Shown: positions 36,263 to 50,061 of the stretch, piece by piece
How the letters are laid out: the number at the start of each line of letters is the position of its first letter
How positions within the stretch are numbered: the first letter of the stretch is position 1
Program-made: the position numbers and the translations under genes
Notes under the pieces: generated by a model
Told to the model about the DNA's origin: nothing
The model's database searches: none
The model's input: only the letters and a program-made list of their open reading frames with translations
Assembly: GCF_001194135.2 (NCBI RefSeq)
Contig: NC_068995.1
Location: forward strand, 27,915,343 to 27,979,342
Source of the DNA: Octopus bimaculoides
Taxonomy: Eukaryota
Direction of reading: 5' to 3'
DNA length: 64,000 nt

Positions 36263-38268
36263 TATTCTTCTAAAAACGTGTCAAAATAGACAACAGAATG
36301 CAGCTATTTTTCCTTTTTACATGAGCTGTATTTTATGTCACTTATACAAATTATAATTTACTAATTTTATAAAAATCGATAGAAATGCAATATTTTCTCC
36401 CAATATCTAAATCATTTTTATAATTCCTACTCTGTCAATTTTTAAGAAATTGTTTTGTATTTGTTGGTAGATATATGTCAGTATGTAAGATAGTGGTTAT
36501 AGTAAAAATTCACTTAGATAGTGTATAGAAACTGTTCTGAATGTACACTTTTACTAGTTCCAACTCAAGAGCTGTAACCATGATTATTTTTTTAGTCTAG
36601 AGATAAAGGGTAGAACATATGGTCATTTCAAATCCTTCCAGACTGATGAGGTCAGTGCAGATAATATTCAGCTTGAATTTCATTTGCTAAAACATAGCAG
36701 GTAAAGGATTACAGCCTGCTTTTCTAGATGTACAAGTACAAATAAAGTGTTTAGTGTAGATTTTTGTAATTGTGGCATAATAAGGACAAAAGGAGAAAAA
36801 GATGTGAATTGGGTGAGTTTGGTACACTGTCTTGGGCAATGGAAACTGTTGTAATGATAGAACTGTAAGAGAGACTTTACTGGTTGTGTACATATCATTG
36901 TGCTGTGTCAGTGATAGCTTGTCATTTGAACCAATGCCCTTTTTTATATAGTCTGTACAGTAGTTGTTCTCTGCCAGATTAGTTAACAGTACTCTAATAT
37001 GAAATGCACTTGTGATTTATAGATCAGGAATTGTTGTTCAAACTTGAAGCATCTTCTGAGTTAGTCTTTGATATGCGTTTTCAGTGATGTAAGAAATATG
37101 TGGTTTCCATGAAAGGCTTAACACTTGCAAACTTTGTGAAGTTCTGAGATGACCATTTTTAGAAAGCCTAGTGTTGTAGTTATGCTTTCATGATATATAT
37201 AATGACTGTGCATTGCTCCTGCTGCTGAAGGCTAGGTTATGTCCTGACATGAATTGTCAAAATCATCGATGTGGAGTACATAACCAAGCTGGGCTGTACA
37301 GAAGTGGTTGCAAAATAGGCAGTAAAAGTATGACCACTAGTTTTGGGATATGGTCTGTCATTACATCTCTATAGAAACTTGGATAAATTTAACAATTTAA
37401 AATTTACATTTTCTCCTTAACCAAAAATCCACTTCTCAGTGTTTTAGCCATATACTTATACTTGCATACATGCATGCATGAGACAAACAGACAAAGATGC
37501 AAACAAGTTGGCACCATCAACATCAGACATGCATGTGTAGGGATATGTTTAAAATTTCTTTTTGAACGTTTTCTTCTATATTATTGTCAACTCCTCCAGC
37601 CTAAGTCAGTAACTGGTTTATGTCTCCTATTACAAGAGAAATACCTTTTACTTACCAACATTATTCAGACCGGATATTTAAAAATATACCCTACACCATG
37701 TGGAATTTTGCTAACATGGTCATGGCTGAAATGAAAACAGCACTAGTAAGCTATCTGAGAAAACAAATACTCCGCTACAAGATGTATTTTGATGCTATGA
37801 AAAAAGCCATGAAGGCCCTTCTATCGGATATATGAAGTGGTTAAAAAAATACCACGATGAAGCTCACTCCAACTTAAGCATATTTGCCTCAAAACAATTT
37901 CAGCAACAAGCATCTTCCTATGAAAATAAAATGGCTTGCTCTTGTGATGTAAATCAATATTCTCAAAACACTGAGAACTAGCCAAAACCTGCCAGAAGAG
38001 AAATCAAAATAATATAAACCAACTGTCACTAGATTTTTATGTCTCTCCAAATGTAGCTGAGTCAACAAAGACAACTGTGGAATACATTCAACTTAAAAAA
38101 AACCCTGAAAACACAGTTCATAGAAAACTTTTCAACTTTTTCAAAATTATTGTTACTTAAGTAACAGCCCATTCTTAATAAGATTGAAAATAATCCAACA
38201 GCCCTGATGTTGAAAGTTATTGATAATGTCACTGGAGAGTACGTAGAATCATGTTGTAGGCCACTGCC

Positions 38269-41200
38269 CAAGGATTTATGAGACAAACTGTAGACAGGAA
38301 CTTTGCTGCAGGCTAGCTAAGGAGCTGGTCTATGGTGAAGTTAACCTCCAGTTAAGCGGGCTTCTATGAGGTAGAAGTGATTGGCAGCTGTTGCCCTGAT
38401 GTATTTCACTGAATAAATTTTTCTTTATTTGTGCATAGCTTAACTAAAGCTATAGCTGGTGACCCTGCAGAAGAACAACAGCTTTCACTTCACACATCAA
38501 AGTAAACAGAAAATCAAAGAAACATGGTAAGCGATTACACAACAGCAGTGAAGCTACCACAATTCTGTCCAAAGTGGGCTGAGCTATGGTTCGTGCAGGT
38601 AGAAGCGCAATTTAACATATGCAAAATAACTTCAGACCTAATGAAATATCCTTATGTAGTAGCAACACTAGATGAGGACATGGAAACAAGGGTGCTAGAT
38701 ATTTTAACCCAAACCCCAGCAACAAAAAAGACAGGCTGGTAGATACATTCCGGCAGAGCAAGCGGGAAGTGGCAGCCAAGATACTGGAGGAGGAATTAGG
38801 CAATTCTAAGCCTTCAGAGTTGATGGACAAAATGTTGTCATTAGTTCCCCCCTGGTGAGTCACCTTCCTTTTTGTTTAAGAAAATATTCCTCTGCAATTT
38901 ACCACCCCAGGTCCAGGTTCTTATAACTCAGACTGAAATGAAAGACCTGTGGCAGTTAGCAAAAGCAGCTGACAAACATTTTCTATCCAGTGACGTTATG
39001 GTTAACACCATAGGGTCGGCCCCGAGACCTGGTAGAGTTAAGCAAGACAACCTATGCTTCTACCATACAAAGTTTACAAAGTTTGGGAAAAAGGCTATGA
39101 AGTGCAAACAACCATGTAGCTTCAGGACCCCTTGGTTATTGACTCCGGCAAACTCCAGGGCTGGCTGCCATTGAATACTCTGGTGGCTGGCAGACACAAT
39201 CAACTGCTCCTCTATGACCACAATCAGAACTCCAGGTGTAGATTCCTAATTGACACGGGAGCAGAAGTCAGCATCATCCCAGCATTGGCAAGGTACTTCC
39301 GTTATGGAAAGCAGGGCCAACCTTTAACAACCGGTAACAGTTCCACAATCGAGGCGTATGATTGCCGCACATTTTCTCTCAACATGAGCATTCACCACCG
39401 CTGATGTCCATTATCAGGGCAGACTTTCTTCAAGCACACTTGCTACTAGTTGATTTACAGGTGAGACAACTCATCAACAGCAACACATACACTCCCGTGT
39501 CTCTGGCAACATCTGCGCATGCCACGCTCTGCATAGCAACTGTCTCTAAGACAGAGAATGAATTCTTGGATCATCTTACAAGTTGCTCCAATCTCACTAT
39601 TCCAACATTCTCCAAACCTACAGCCCACCATGGAGTGACTTCCCCCCATGCACAGTTGCGCACATCATCTATCACCAGACAGGCTTGCTATCACAAAGGC
39701 CACATTTAACAATATGGAGGTGTTGGGCATAGTTTGCCGATCAAGCAGTCCCAGGCCATCGCCCCTGCATGTAGCACCGAAACGCAATGGAGGTTGGCAT
39801 CTTTGCAGAGATTACTGCCATCTCAATGCAGACACAACACCCAACCACTACCCCATTCTGCACATACAGGACTTCTCAGCCCAGCTAGCTGGGTGCTCAG
39901 TTTTCTCGAAGGTCAACCTCATCTGAGGTTACTACCAACTACCAGTACTAGATAACAATGTACTGAAAACTGCTGTGATCACTCCTTTTGGTCAGTTGGA
40001 TTTCTACATACACCTTTTGGCTTGAAAAATGCAGTACAATCCTTCCAACACTTGATGGACATTGTGTGTAGAGGTCTTGATTTTGTCTTTGCAAACTTAG
40101 ATGATATCCTAATCATAAGCCAAAATAGGGAGCTACACAAGAAGCACCTAGTTTCTTTTTTTTTTTGATAGACTGGAACAGTATGGTCTAGTAATCAGCC
40201 CCGCCAAGTGTGTTTTTGGTGTTAATGAAATCGACTTCCTAGGACATCGAATTACGGGCATTGGTGCTATACTGCCAGAAAAAGTGAAAGCTATCTTATC
40301 GTTTTCACACCCCACCACAAGCAAGACCCTACACCAATTTCTGGGCATGGTAAACTTTTACCATTGCTTCATCCCTTCTGCAGCAAGATTGATGAGACCC
40401 CTATACAAGCCACTTTCAAAAGATGGTCCAAAAAGACAGGCTGAGTGGGACAGTGCAATGACCTCAGCCTTCAAATACACAAAACAAGCCCTGGCTAAAG
40501 CAACCATGCTGTCCCATCCTCATATGTCAATTTAGACTGCACTCACAATCGATGCCTCCAACACAGCCATTGGGGGTGTTTTGGAACAATGCATCAATCG
40601 TCAGTAGCAACCATGTGCTTTCTTCAGTTGACAACTACGACCTCCCGAACAGAAATACTGTGCTTTTGACAGGGAACTGCTGGCTGTCTATCTAGGTATC
40701 CGCCACTTTCGCTATTGTTTTGAAGACTGCACGTTTACAGTCTTCACAGACCACAAACTACTCATCTTTGCTATGAACAAGCTCTCAGAGCTGTGGTCTG
40801 CACACCAGCGATGACAACTATTGGCGATTTCTGAGTACACCACGGACATCCAACACATAACTGGAAAAGGCAACCCAGTCGCCAATGCACTCTCTTGTAT
40901 CCCTACCTGCTCTCACACCTACCTAACCTCAATAACGGAAGGCCTGGATTATGAGGCTTTGGCTGCAGCCCAACCAACAGATGAGAAGATCAGGTCCTAC
41001 CGCACTACCATCATGTTACTTTCCTTGCAGGATATGCACTTTGGCTCCAATGGCACAACCCTACTGTGATGTATCCACTGGGAAGCCACAACCAATCATC
41101 CCATTAGCCTGGCGTAGGAAGGTTTTCAACGTCATTCATGAACTCTCCCACCCGGGTACTAGAGCCACACAGCGCTTGCTGTCAAGCAAATTCACCTAGC

Positions 41201-42449
41201 ACAGTATGGCCAAGCAAATTGAGGAGTGGACCAAGACCTGCATCCCCTGTCAACAAGCCAAGGTCTGTCAGCACACCAAAGTATCCTTTGGCAACTATGA
41301 ACCACCTAGGCCTGTTTCAACCACGTCAGCATTAACCTTTTCAGCCCCCTACCACCTTCACAGGGTTACTCATACCTACTGACCTTGGTAGACTGCTACA
41401 CTCATTGGCCTGAGGCTATCCCTCTCCACAGCACGGAAACACAAGAAGTTAGCCAAGCCTTCAAAACAAACTAGGTTACCCCTTTCAATGTTCCAGACAG
41501 CATCTCATCTGATGATGTTCCACAATTCACCTCAAATCTGTGGAATGATGTGTGATCTTTTTGGAATCGCAATGAAGCACACCACAGTCTACCATCCACA
41601 GGCCAACAGATTAGTGGAAAGATTTCACTGCCACCTGAAGGAATCCTTTACAACCAGACTTAATGGACCCAATTGAATTGATCAACTTCCATGGGTGATG
41701 CTGGGAATCTGCACTGCCTCAAAGGAAAATCTCGACACTTCTTCTGTGGAAATGGCATATAGTGCCTCTCTTACAGTGCCAGGAGAGTTCCTTCTGAACA
41801 CAAAGTCAGATTCAGATATCAAAAGGTACCTCACGGAACTCAGAGACAGTGTGGGCCAGTTGCGCCCGACTCCCATGTCAACACATAGTACGCCTAGATC
41901 ATCCATACCAAATGACCACTCCACAGCTAACTTCATGTTCATTCAGCATGACACGACGAAGACCCCTCCAGTCACTCTACCATGGCCCATACAAAGTTAT
42001 ATGTCCAGGCGACAAATCATTCCAACTCCTAATTGGCAGACAAGATACAGTTTCCATCGATAGGTTGAAACCGGCCCATATTGATATTGACTGCCCCAGC
42101 CAAGTAGCTCAACCACCAAACAGGCCACTCCAGACAAATCACATCACCCCTTGGCAAGGAACAATCACCAAAGAGCTGAGTAACCACACACAGTTAAAAC
42201 GCCTTCCCGGTTCCAATGACAGTCAACAGTTCTGGAGAGGAGGTATATGTAGAGCAAGGATTTATGACAGACGAACTGTAGACAGGAACTTCACTGTGGG
42301 CTAGCTGGGGAGCTGGTCTTCAGTGAAGTTAGCTTTTAGGCAGTAGTGACTGGCAGCTGTCACCCTCATGTATTTCACTGAATAAATCTTTCAGTAACAC
42401 ATTCTGGGTCTCTATTAATTTTTTTGTGTATAGCTTAACTAAAGCTATA
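38269..42449 (+). mobile_element. Ty3/Gypsy LTR retrotransposon (CsRn1-like), both LTRs present, pseudogenised
   Basis: LTRs at ~38269-38454 and 42248-42449. PBS tggtgaccc at 38457, PPT ggagaggagg before 42248. Gag VKLPQFCPKWAELWFVQVEAQF, protease FLIDTGAEVS, RT PLHVAPK...YPILHIQDF and LDDILI, RNase H FDRELLAVY, integrase HELSHPG. Confidence 0.95.
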
Positions 42450-42480
42450 ATGTGATATTAATTACTGGAATATTAATATC

Positions 42481-42529
<49 letters not shown>

Positions 42530-42531
<2 letters not shown>

Positions 42532-45490
42532 CTACTATCACTCTTAAAGAACACCTGAGAAATCTGCAGAATACATGGTAATGAATCTATTAAATGGAAG
42601 CAGCCTAACTGGGAAACAAACACTATATTGGATGGTTAACCATGATAATAAAATGTAAGAGGAATAATGAGTTTACACCTCGTCAACTATATTTTATGGA
42701 TAAATTAAAACTCTATGGTGACTCTTCACACCAAACTCTTGAGGGAAGGTTAATTACTCTAAAACACAAACTCAGGGTGCGAAACGAAAATCTTCTCTAT
42801 ACCATAGGCAAAATTTTGAACAAGCATGTATAAATCACTAGTTTGCTTCTAACCCACAGATATTATGCAATGATTAGGAAGGAAAATATTACCATTAAGA
42901 AAGCTCCCTTTCAAGACATTGAAGCATTGTGGTTGAAAATCTAGAATGAAAAGAGGCATTTCAACCTTAATGCATCATGGGGAGAACACCGTACCAACAT
43001 CGGCAGTGTTTTAGATCAGGATGCCCACATTAAGTTGGAATTACTCTATTTTGATGGGGCAATTTTTTTTCACCACAGCCTTGGAAATGATGGGGTGCAT
43101 GTTTTTGTGGGGTGAAAAATGCTTGAAAATTTGTGTACATGTTTTTTTTTCCTCCACCACACACCCCCACCTCCAGACCAATGTTTATGGCACTACACAT
43201 TTAGAAACCATAGGAGAAATTTCAGAAAAACAAAAAAAAATTGTAAATATTTTCAGACAGAAAGGTTTGTGATTTAAGGAAGATTTGGCTGTTGTTTCTA
43301 GTGCAACCCATGACCAACTTCCTCATTTCTTTGTCACTCTCAACATGTATTGATGTTTTCTGGTATTTTTCTCCCCATAAACGTATGCTATTTTAAAAAA
43401 AGTTTGAAAATACATGATTTTTTTCAACTCCATTTCTCTGCCCACCCCGTTTTTGTTTATAATTTTAAAATATTGGGAAAGCCTGAGAAGGTCATTACTG
43501 GGATTTATCTACAGTGATTTAAAAAAGATAATTTATTTTAATAGCATACTTTTCTGTTAGTAAATATGTTTTTTGCTATACACAGTTACACACGCCCATG
43601 CTTGGTTAGGCAGGGGTTTAATTTAAATTACATATTGTAAATTCTTTTTGGTGCTTATTTCCTAGCTATGGACCACATGTATGTTACTTCCGCATCATCA
43701 AACCATAAAATGTTTTTAAAGAAGAAAAATATTAAAAATCATCAGTACATGTGAAAGTAACAAAGAAATGAGAAAAGTGGTCGTGCGATGTACAAGAAAA
43801 AACAGCTAAATCTCCCTTAAATTCCACACCTTTATATCTGAAAATATTTACAAAATCTTTTTTTTTTCTTTTTTACTGGAAAGGCTTCTCACATGGTTTT
43901 TAAGTGTGTAATGCCAAGAAAAAAAAATTGGCCAACATTGATCTGGAAGGTAATGGTGGTGGGTGGGAGATGAAAAAATTTTTTCAAGCATTTTTTTTTT
44001 TCATAAAAAGATGACCCCGCATCATTTCAAAGGACATGGTGAAAAAGGAGTTGGAAATTCCCTGTTAAAACGGAGAAATTCCAATTTACTTGGGCACCTT
44101 GACCTGAAACTCCACCCCAACAACAATAGTAAAACGTGCAATTGATCCAGATGCTTCCACCATAGCTGTACGCAAGCTGCATGATGGGAAAGCACCTGGA
44201 ATGGACCTAATATACTGGTATAAGAGACTGACATTTTACAGGAAACCACAAATATATATATATATATATTCAGAAGCTTGACATACCAAATTAGTTTGTT
44301 ATACCACTGACAAATCTTGTAACCAAGAATGAAACCACCAAATTGGATGAAAACTACAGGCCCATTGCTTGCTTAAACATTATGTACAAACTGTACACAA
44401 GCTGCCTCAACCAATTCCTTCAGGATCATTGTGAGTTCAACGGCATAGTGACTGATGAGCTGGCTGGTGGAAAGAAGAGAGTATGGGCATGTGCTAAACA
44501 ACTCTTAATAAACAAAGCTGTACTATCTGAGGTTTAAAAAAAAAGACATCACAGGAGCCTTATATGGCTTGATTATAGAAAGGCATCTGACTCTATTCCC
44601 CACTCATTGTTGCTGATATGTTTCCATTTGGCAAAAGTGCCTACTACTAAAATTGCTGCCATTGAAAGGCTTACAAAGAACTGGGAAACAACTCTTACTC
44701 TTAGAACAGAGAGCAGAATGCTTATCTCCAATAGTATAAATATTCCAAGAAAATAGTTTTCCTGTAATTATGTTCATTTTGGCATTAAATCCATTATCAT
44801 TCCTGCCACAAAAATCAAGTGTCTGCAACTGCTAGAGATATTAGTGTAATCAATAATTTCTTTGTGGATGACCTCAAGATTTATGCTAAAAATGTTAACA
44901 ATGCCAAAAACAGATGAAATTAATGACATTTTCAGCTGACATAGGATTGGAATTTGGTGAAAAGAAATGTTCATATTTGATCGTTGAACAGGAAAAATCA
45001 GACCCCAGGCCCAAAACCAGTACTTCAGTGGTCTCAGTCTCTTCTGTCCCACACAAAGAATGCTACAACTACTTAGGCATTGATGAAAATATATCATACA
45101 GAGGTACTGTGAATAAAGATAGAGTGACCCGGGAACTTAGAAAAGTATGGCAGCTGGAACTCTCTTCTTACAAGCCAATATCCCACAATGCATTTTCAGT
45201 ACCAGTACTGATTCCAACATTTGGGATACTTGATTAGTCTGTAGAAGATGCTAAAACTCACAAGATACTGATGTCAACTAGAAATTTCCACAGGAATAGT
45301 GATATCGATAGGCTCTTCCTAAGATGTGAAAATCAATAGGAAAATTGATTTCAAGTTATATAGATTGTTTTGAGAACACATTATGTCCAAGACAAAAAAG
45401 ACTCCTGTATTAACTGTATTTATATCTTTTCAGCAATGTACTCATGCTTCTCAGTTGATGATGGCAAGAGATAATTATAATAGTCTTTGT
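42530..45490 (+). mobile_element. R4/Dong-like non-LTR retrotransposon remnant, split by a foldback element
   Basis: LKHKLRV...IEALWLKI before 43005. After 44112: KLHDGKAPGMD, NYRPIACLNIMYKLYTS, KQLLINKAVL, DYRKASDSIPHSL, FVDDLKIYA, LEFGEKKC. Confidence 0.8.
43008..44111. mobile_element. Foldback/MITE-like element with long imperfect inverted arms (~43008-43390 and ~43700-44111)
   Basis: tagatcaggatgcccacattaagttggaatt vs aattccaatttacttgggcaccttgacctg, and gtaaatattttcagacagaaagg...tttagctg-like vs cagctaaatctcc...atctgaaaatatttac. Confidence 0.8.
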
Positions 45491-45492
45491 TT

Positions 45493-45515
45493 TGGGGATG
45501 ATGATGATAATAATG

Positions 45516-45554
<39 letters not shown>

Positions 45555-48500
45555 GAATACTCCTCTCATGTAACAAGTGGTATGTGCTCACCATTACAAA
45601 TATTTTGATGTCGAGAAGTCAGGGTAGTCAGTCATGTCTTGTCTAACTAACTATACTGCTATACTGGAGTGGATATTATAACAGTCTGATGTTGAATTAC
45701 AGCAGTGGCGACAAAGAGTTACAAAACTTACAAAAGTTTTTTTGTGTAAATTTTACAGTATACAAAAGCATAAAATTGTGGAAGATTTGTTGGCTGGTTT
45801 GCTCAACTTGCAAAACAGCAACAACAGCTGCAGCTGCATGAACAACAGCAAATGCTGCAATTAATGAATAGTAAGTCACCAGGAAATACTGAAGAAATGT
45901 TCTCAGTAGATTATGTTGTAAACTCAATATTGAAATTTAAGTATTAACCAGATGAAGCAGTTACCTTTGAGCCATACTACAGAAGATACAAACAGATCTT
46001 CAATAAAGAGTTCAGAGATTGGGACGATGATATGAAGATGCGTCTAATCCTAAGAACACTGGCAGCAGAACATGAGCATTACAGCAATTACATACTCTCA
46101 AAAAAACCTGACATAAACTTTAAAAATACAATAGACATATTGCCTAAAATTTTTAGCAAGAAAAGCTCATTGTTCAATACACACTGTTAATGTTTGAACC
46201 TAGAAAAAACAATGATGAGAACTACATCATCTATGCTGGTAGAGTTAACAGAGAATGTGAAAAGTTCAAACTGGACAAATGAACGCTAGATATGTTCAAG
46301 TGCCTGATATTTACTCAAGGACTAACTGCAGAAAAAGAAGCAGAGGTAAGAACAAGAATTCTCACTAAGCTGGAACAAAACCAAGCTGTAACCTTACAAC
46401 AAGTGTTAGAAGAGTGTGAAAGAATAGTAAATTTAAGACATGACACAGAGAAAATTGAACACAAAGATTGCTCCTTAATGAAACAAGTGCAAAACAGGCA
46501 GAATAGAAATCAAGTGTGTACTAAAATACAGGACAAAATAGGTCTACACCTGAGGAAAACTGCCCATTTAACAAAACAGAATGTTTCTGTTGTGGAAAAA
46601 TTGGACATGTAAAAGCGCACTGTAAAACCAAGATGACAAAACATTGGAACAAAGAGAAAAGAATAAACAAGATGTTGTTGAAAGAAAATGGTAATGTAAC
46701 AAAAAGGAAGTTCATAAATGTAAAAATTGAAAATATAAGAGTAAAAGTGTAGTTAGACACAGGAAGTGATATTTCCATTGTGAATGAAGAAACTTGGAAG
46801 TATGTTGGTAAGCCAAACTTAAGTAAATCTACAAAAGTAACACATGGTGTTAAAGGTAAAAGATTGTATTTTGTAAGTGAATTTGTGTGTAATGTGACAT
46901 TTCGTGACCAAATGAAAACTGCAAAAGTATATCTGTTAAAAAATTCAGTTAATCTATTTGGAACAGAGTGGATGGAACTGTTCAAATTGTGGAATATGCC
47001 CATAAGTGTTTTGTGTGGAAATATAGTCAGTTCAGTTGAAGGTTTGAATGCAGCTATGGGATTGAAACAGAAAATAAAACATTTATTTCCAGATGTTTTC
47101 TCAAATGAACTGGACTGCTGCACAAAAACAAAGGCAAAAATTGTAGTAAAACAGTGCAACACCTGTATTTAAGCCAAACATAATGTACCGTTCACAGCAC
47201 TAGAACAGGTATATAAGGAACTTGAAAGACTGGAAAGCCTACGTATAATTGAGAAGATAGACCACTCAGATTGTGCAGCACCTATAGTCTATGTAAAAAA
47301 GAAAAAAATAAGAGTTTGTGTAGATTTTTCAACAGGGTTGAATGATTGCTTAATCTCATATAACTACTCAATGCCAAGTCCTGAAGAAGTATTCACAAAA
47401 TTGAATGGAGGGAAATTCTTCTCAAAATTAGACCTCTCAGAGGCATATTTACAAATCTGAGTAGAAGAAGAATGCTCACACTTATTACCCATTAATACAC
47501 ACCATGGCTTATTTAAATTTAAGTAGCTTCCCCCCGGTATAAAAGTGGCCCCTTCCATATTTCAGTAAGTAATGGATACAATGCTGGCAGGCAGTGATTT
47601 TTCTATAGCCTATTTAGATGATATCCTAATAAAAAGCAAATCACATGCACAACATGTAGAATGCATAAAAAGGTTATTTGAAAAGATAAGAGAATACAGT
47701 TTTAAGTTAAGTGAAGAAAAATGCGAGCTCTTTCTGAAAAAAATTAAATACTTAGGTTGGATAATAAATAAAAATGGACGGAAACTGGATCCATCTGGAG
47801 CAACTGCGATAAAAAGTATGCTCACACTGAATGATGTGACTATGCTACAAGCATCCTTGGGATTAGTAAATTACTACCAAATTTATATACACAATGTAAG
47901 GATCCCACTCAATGATTTGTTAAAGAAAAATGTAAAATGGTGCTGCACTGATAAGTGCCAGAAGGCATTTGAAATTAAAAAACATTTTAACCTCAAACTT
48001 ATCATTCACGCATTTTGTTCTGAAGCTGGATATGATATTGATTACAGATGTGAGTGATTGCAGTGTAGAAACAGTGCTTCTGCAGAAATATGACAGTGGG
48101 AGTAAAAAGGCTATAGCCCATGTGTCTCGATCATTATTACCAACAGAAAGGAACTATAGTCAAATAGAAAAAGAAGTGTTAGCAATGATATTTGGTATGA
48201 AAAAATTCCATAGATTTATTCATGGAAGAAGGTTCTGTCTCCAAACAGATCATTTCCCACTACTGAAAATATACAGTTCTAAAAAAGGAATACCAACACA
48301 CAGCGAATAGACTACAGCAATGGGGCACTAGATTATTGAATTACAATTACAAAATTGAATATTTACCGTCAAAGAAACTAGGGCATGCGGATAGTTTGTC
48401 CAGAATGATACCAAAATATTGTGAGCCATTCAAAGATACAGTAATCGCAGCTTTAAGATCAGAAGGAAAAATATAAAAAATGTGATACGAGAATTGCTGG

Positions 48501-49970
48501 TGACCCTTGAAGACATAAAACAAAATGCAAAACACGACAAATTCATAATAGAAATGAAAAGAATACTGTGGACAAGAAAAGTAAATAGGAACAGGATTGG
48601 TGCAAAACAAAACCAAGACATGAACCTATACTCAATCTGTGATAGCGTACTGATTTATGCATAGAGAGTAGTGATACCTGAAACACTGCAAAAGAAAGTG
48701 TTGAGGGAATTCCATGTTGGACATGCTGGTATTTCGAGGATGAAAGCTTTAATGCATAGTTATGTGTACTGGCCAAAAATGGATAGAAAAATTGAAAATT
48801 TAGTGAAAGGCTGCAGAAGTTGTGCTCTGACGGCAAAATTACCGATGATAAAAAGTGAAACTTAGCCAAAAGTAGATGTCCCGTGGTCAAAACTACACGT
48901 TTATTTCACTGGTCCCTTAAACGGTTAACGCTATTTAGTGGTAGTAGATAGTTTCTTTAAATGGTCAGAAATTTGTAAGTGTAAAAAACCAACCTCTTCA
49001 ACTATAACAAACTTTCTAGCTGTTTGCATGATTTGGCATCCCAGACGTGATAGTGTCTGACAATGGGACACAATTTGTCTTTTGAGTTTAAAATGTTTGT
49101 AAAATGTCTGCTGTAGAACATGTAACTATGGTGCCATACCGTCCCAGATCTAGTGGACATGTGAATGCTTTGTCAATACATTCAAGAGATCCCTAAGAAA
49201 GTCGAATAAGGAAGTCCCGGATGAGGCAGCTCTACAACAGTTCTTAAGAGTATACTGTGTGACACCAAATCCAAATACACCAGCAGAGCTAATGTTTGGA
49301 TGAAAAATAAAATTAGTCTTTGACTAATTATTACCTGGCAAGAAAAGAAAAATTCCAATGGATAATACAGCAAGATATTTTAAAATTGGTGAAAATGTAT
49401 TTGTTAGGGCATATAAGAATGAAAAACAAAGTTGGGAAGATGGCATGATTACTAAACACAGAAAAATGCTATACTTGGTAAAAGGGGAAAAAAATGGGTA
49501 TACAAGAGACACCTGAATCAACTAAAAAGAAGATTCTTTGAGAATGAACTCGAGAGAATGGAAAAGTAATGGAATGGTTATATGATACTTTACATGTACC
49601 AATGCTGCTACAAATAATTGAACCCAGACACACAAACGAAAGAAAAAGAAAATGTACAGAGTTCCTGGAAGTGAATGCCAAATGAAATAAATACTAAATT
49701 TGTAACTGGATACAAATAAAAAAAACCTCAAAAAAGGGAGGTGGGATTATGTAAAAATCATTGTTAATAAAAAGAAATAAAATTACACTCCCTAAGAAAA
49801 AGAACTTAAAAGGCAAGATATTATGGGGATAATAATAATAATGGAACACTCCTCCCACATGACAAGTGGTGTGCTAGTTGTTACAAATACTGTGATGTTG
49901 TGTCTTGTCTAATTAACTATACTGCTATACTGGAGTGGACATTATAACAGTCCAACATTGAATTACAACA
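45493..49970 (+). mobile_element. Ty3/Gypsy LTR retrotransposon (Mag-like), pseudogenised
   Basis: LTRs at ~45493-45703 and ~49750-49970 share ctatactgctatactggagtgga...gaattaca. PBS tggcgac at 45706, PPT aaaagggaggtggg near 49732. Zinc knuckle CFCCGKIGHVKAHC, protease LDTGSDIS, RT YLDDILI, RNase H YSQIEKE, integrase HVGHAG...CRSC. Confidence 0.95.
45496..45553. repeat. (GAT)n/(AAT)n microsatellite in the 5' LTR
   Basis: Direct. The 3' LTR has only about four AAT units at the same position. Confidence 0.9.
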
Positions 49971-50061
49971 GTCTTCTTTACTTGTACAACTGCATGTGAA
50001 TTACTTGCATGTTTAGGGTTTGTTTCAGAAGTATCACTAATTTCCTTGTTCATTCACTTAG

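Noticed and set aside
36641-36680. ctgatgaggtc here, and ctgatgag at 44452, as possible further hammerheads
   Set aside because: There is no complementary stem II followed by GAAA.
37021-37092. Possible NUP205 exon (ttatag|ATCAGGAATTGTTGTTC...gtaag)
   Set aside because: There is an in-frame TGA before the gtaag donor and no similarity to the missing segment.
42530-45553. Idea that the R4 element targeted the (AAT)n inside the Mag LTR
   Set aside because: LTR sequence (tggggat) persists left of the microsatellite, and the missing LTR part is not found upstream of the R4 remnant.
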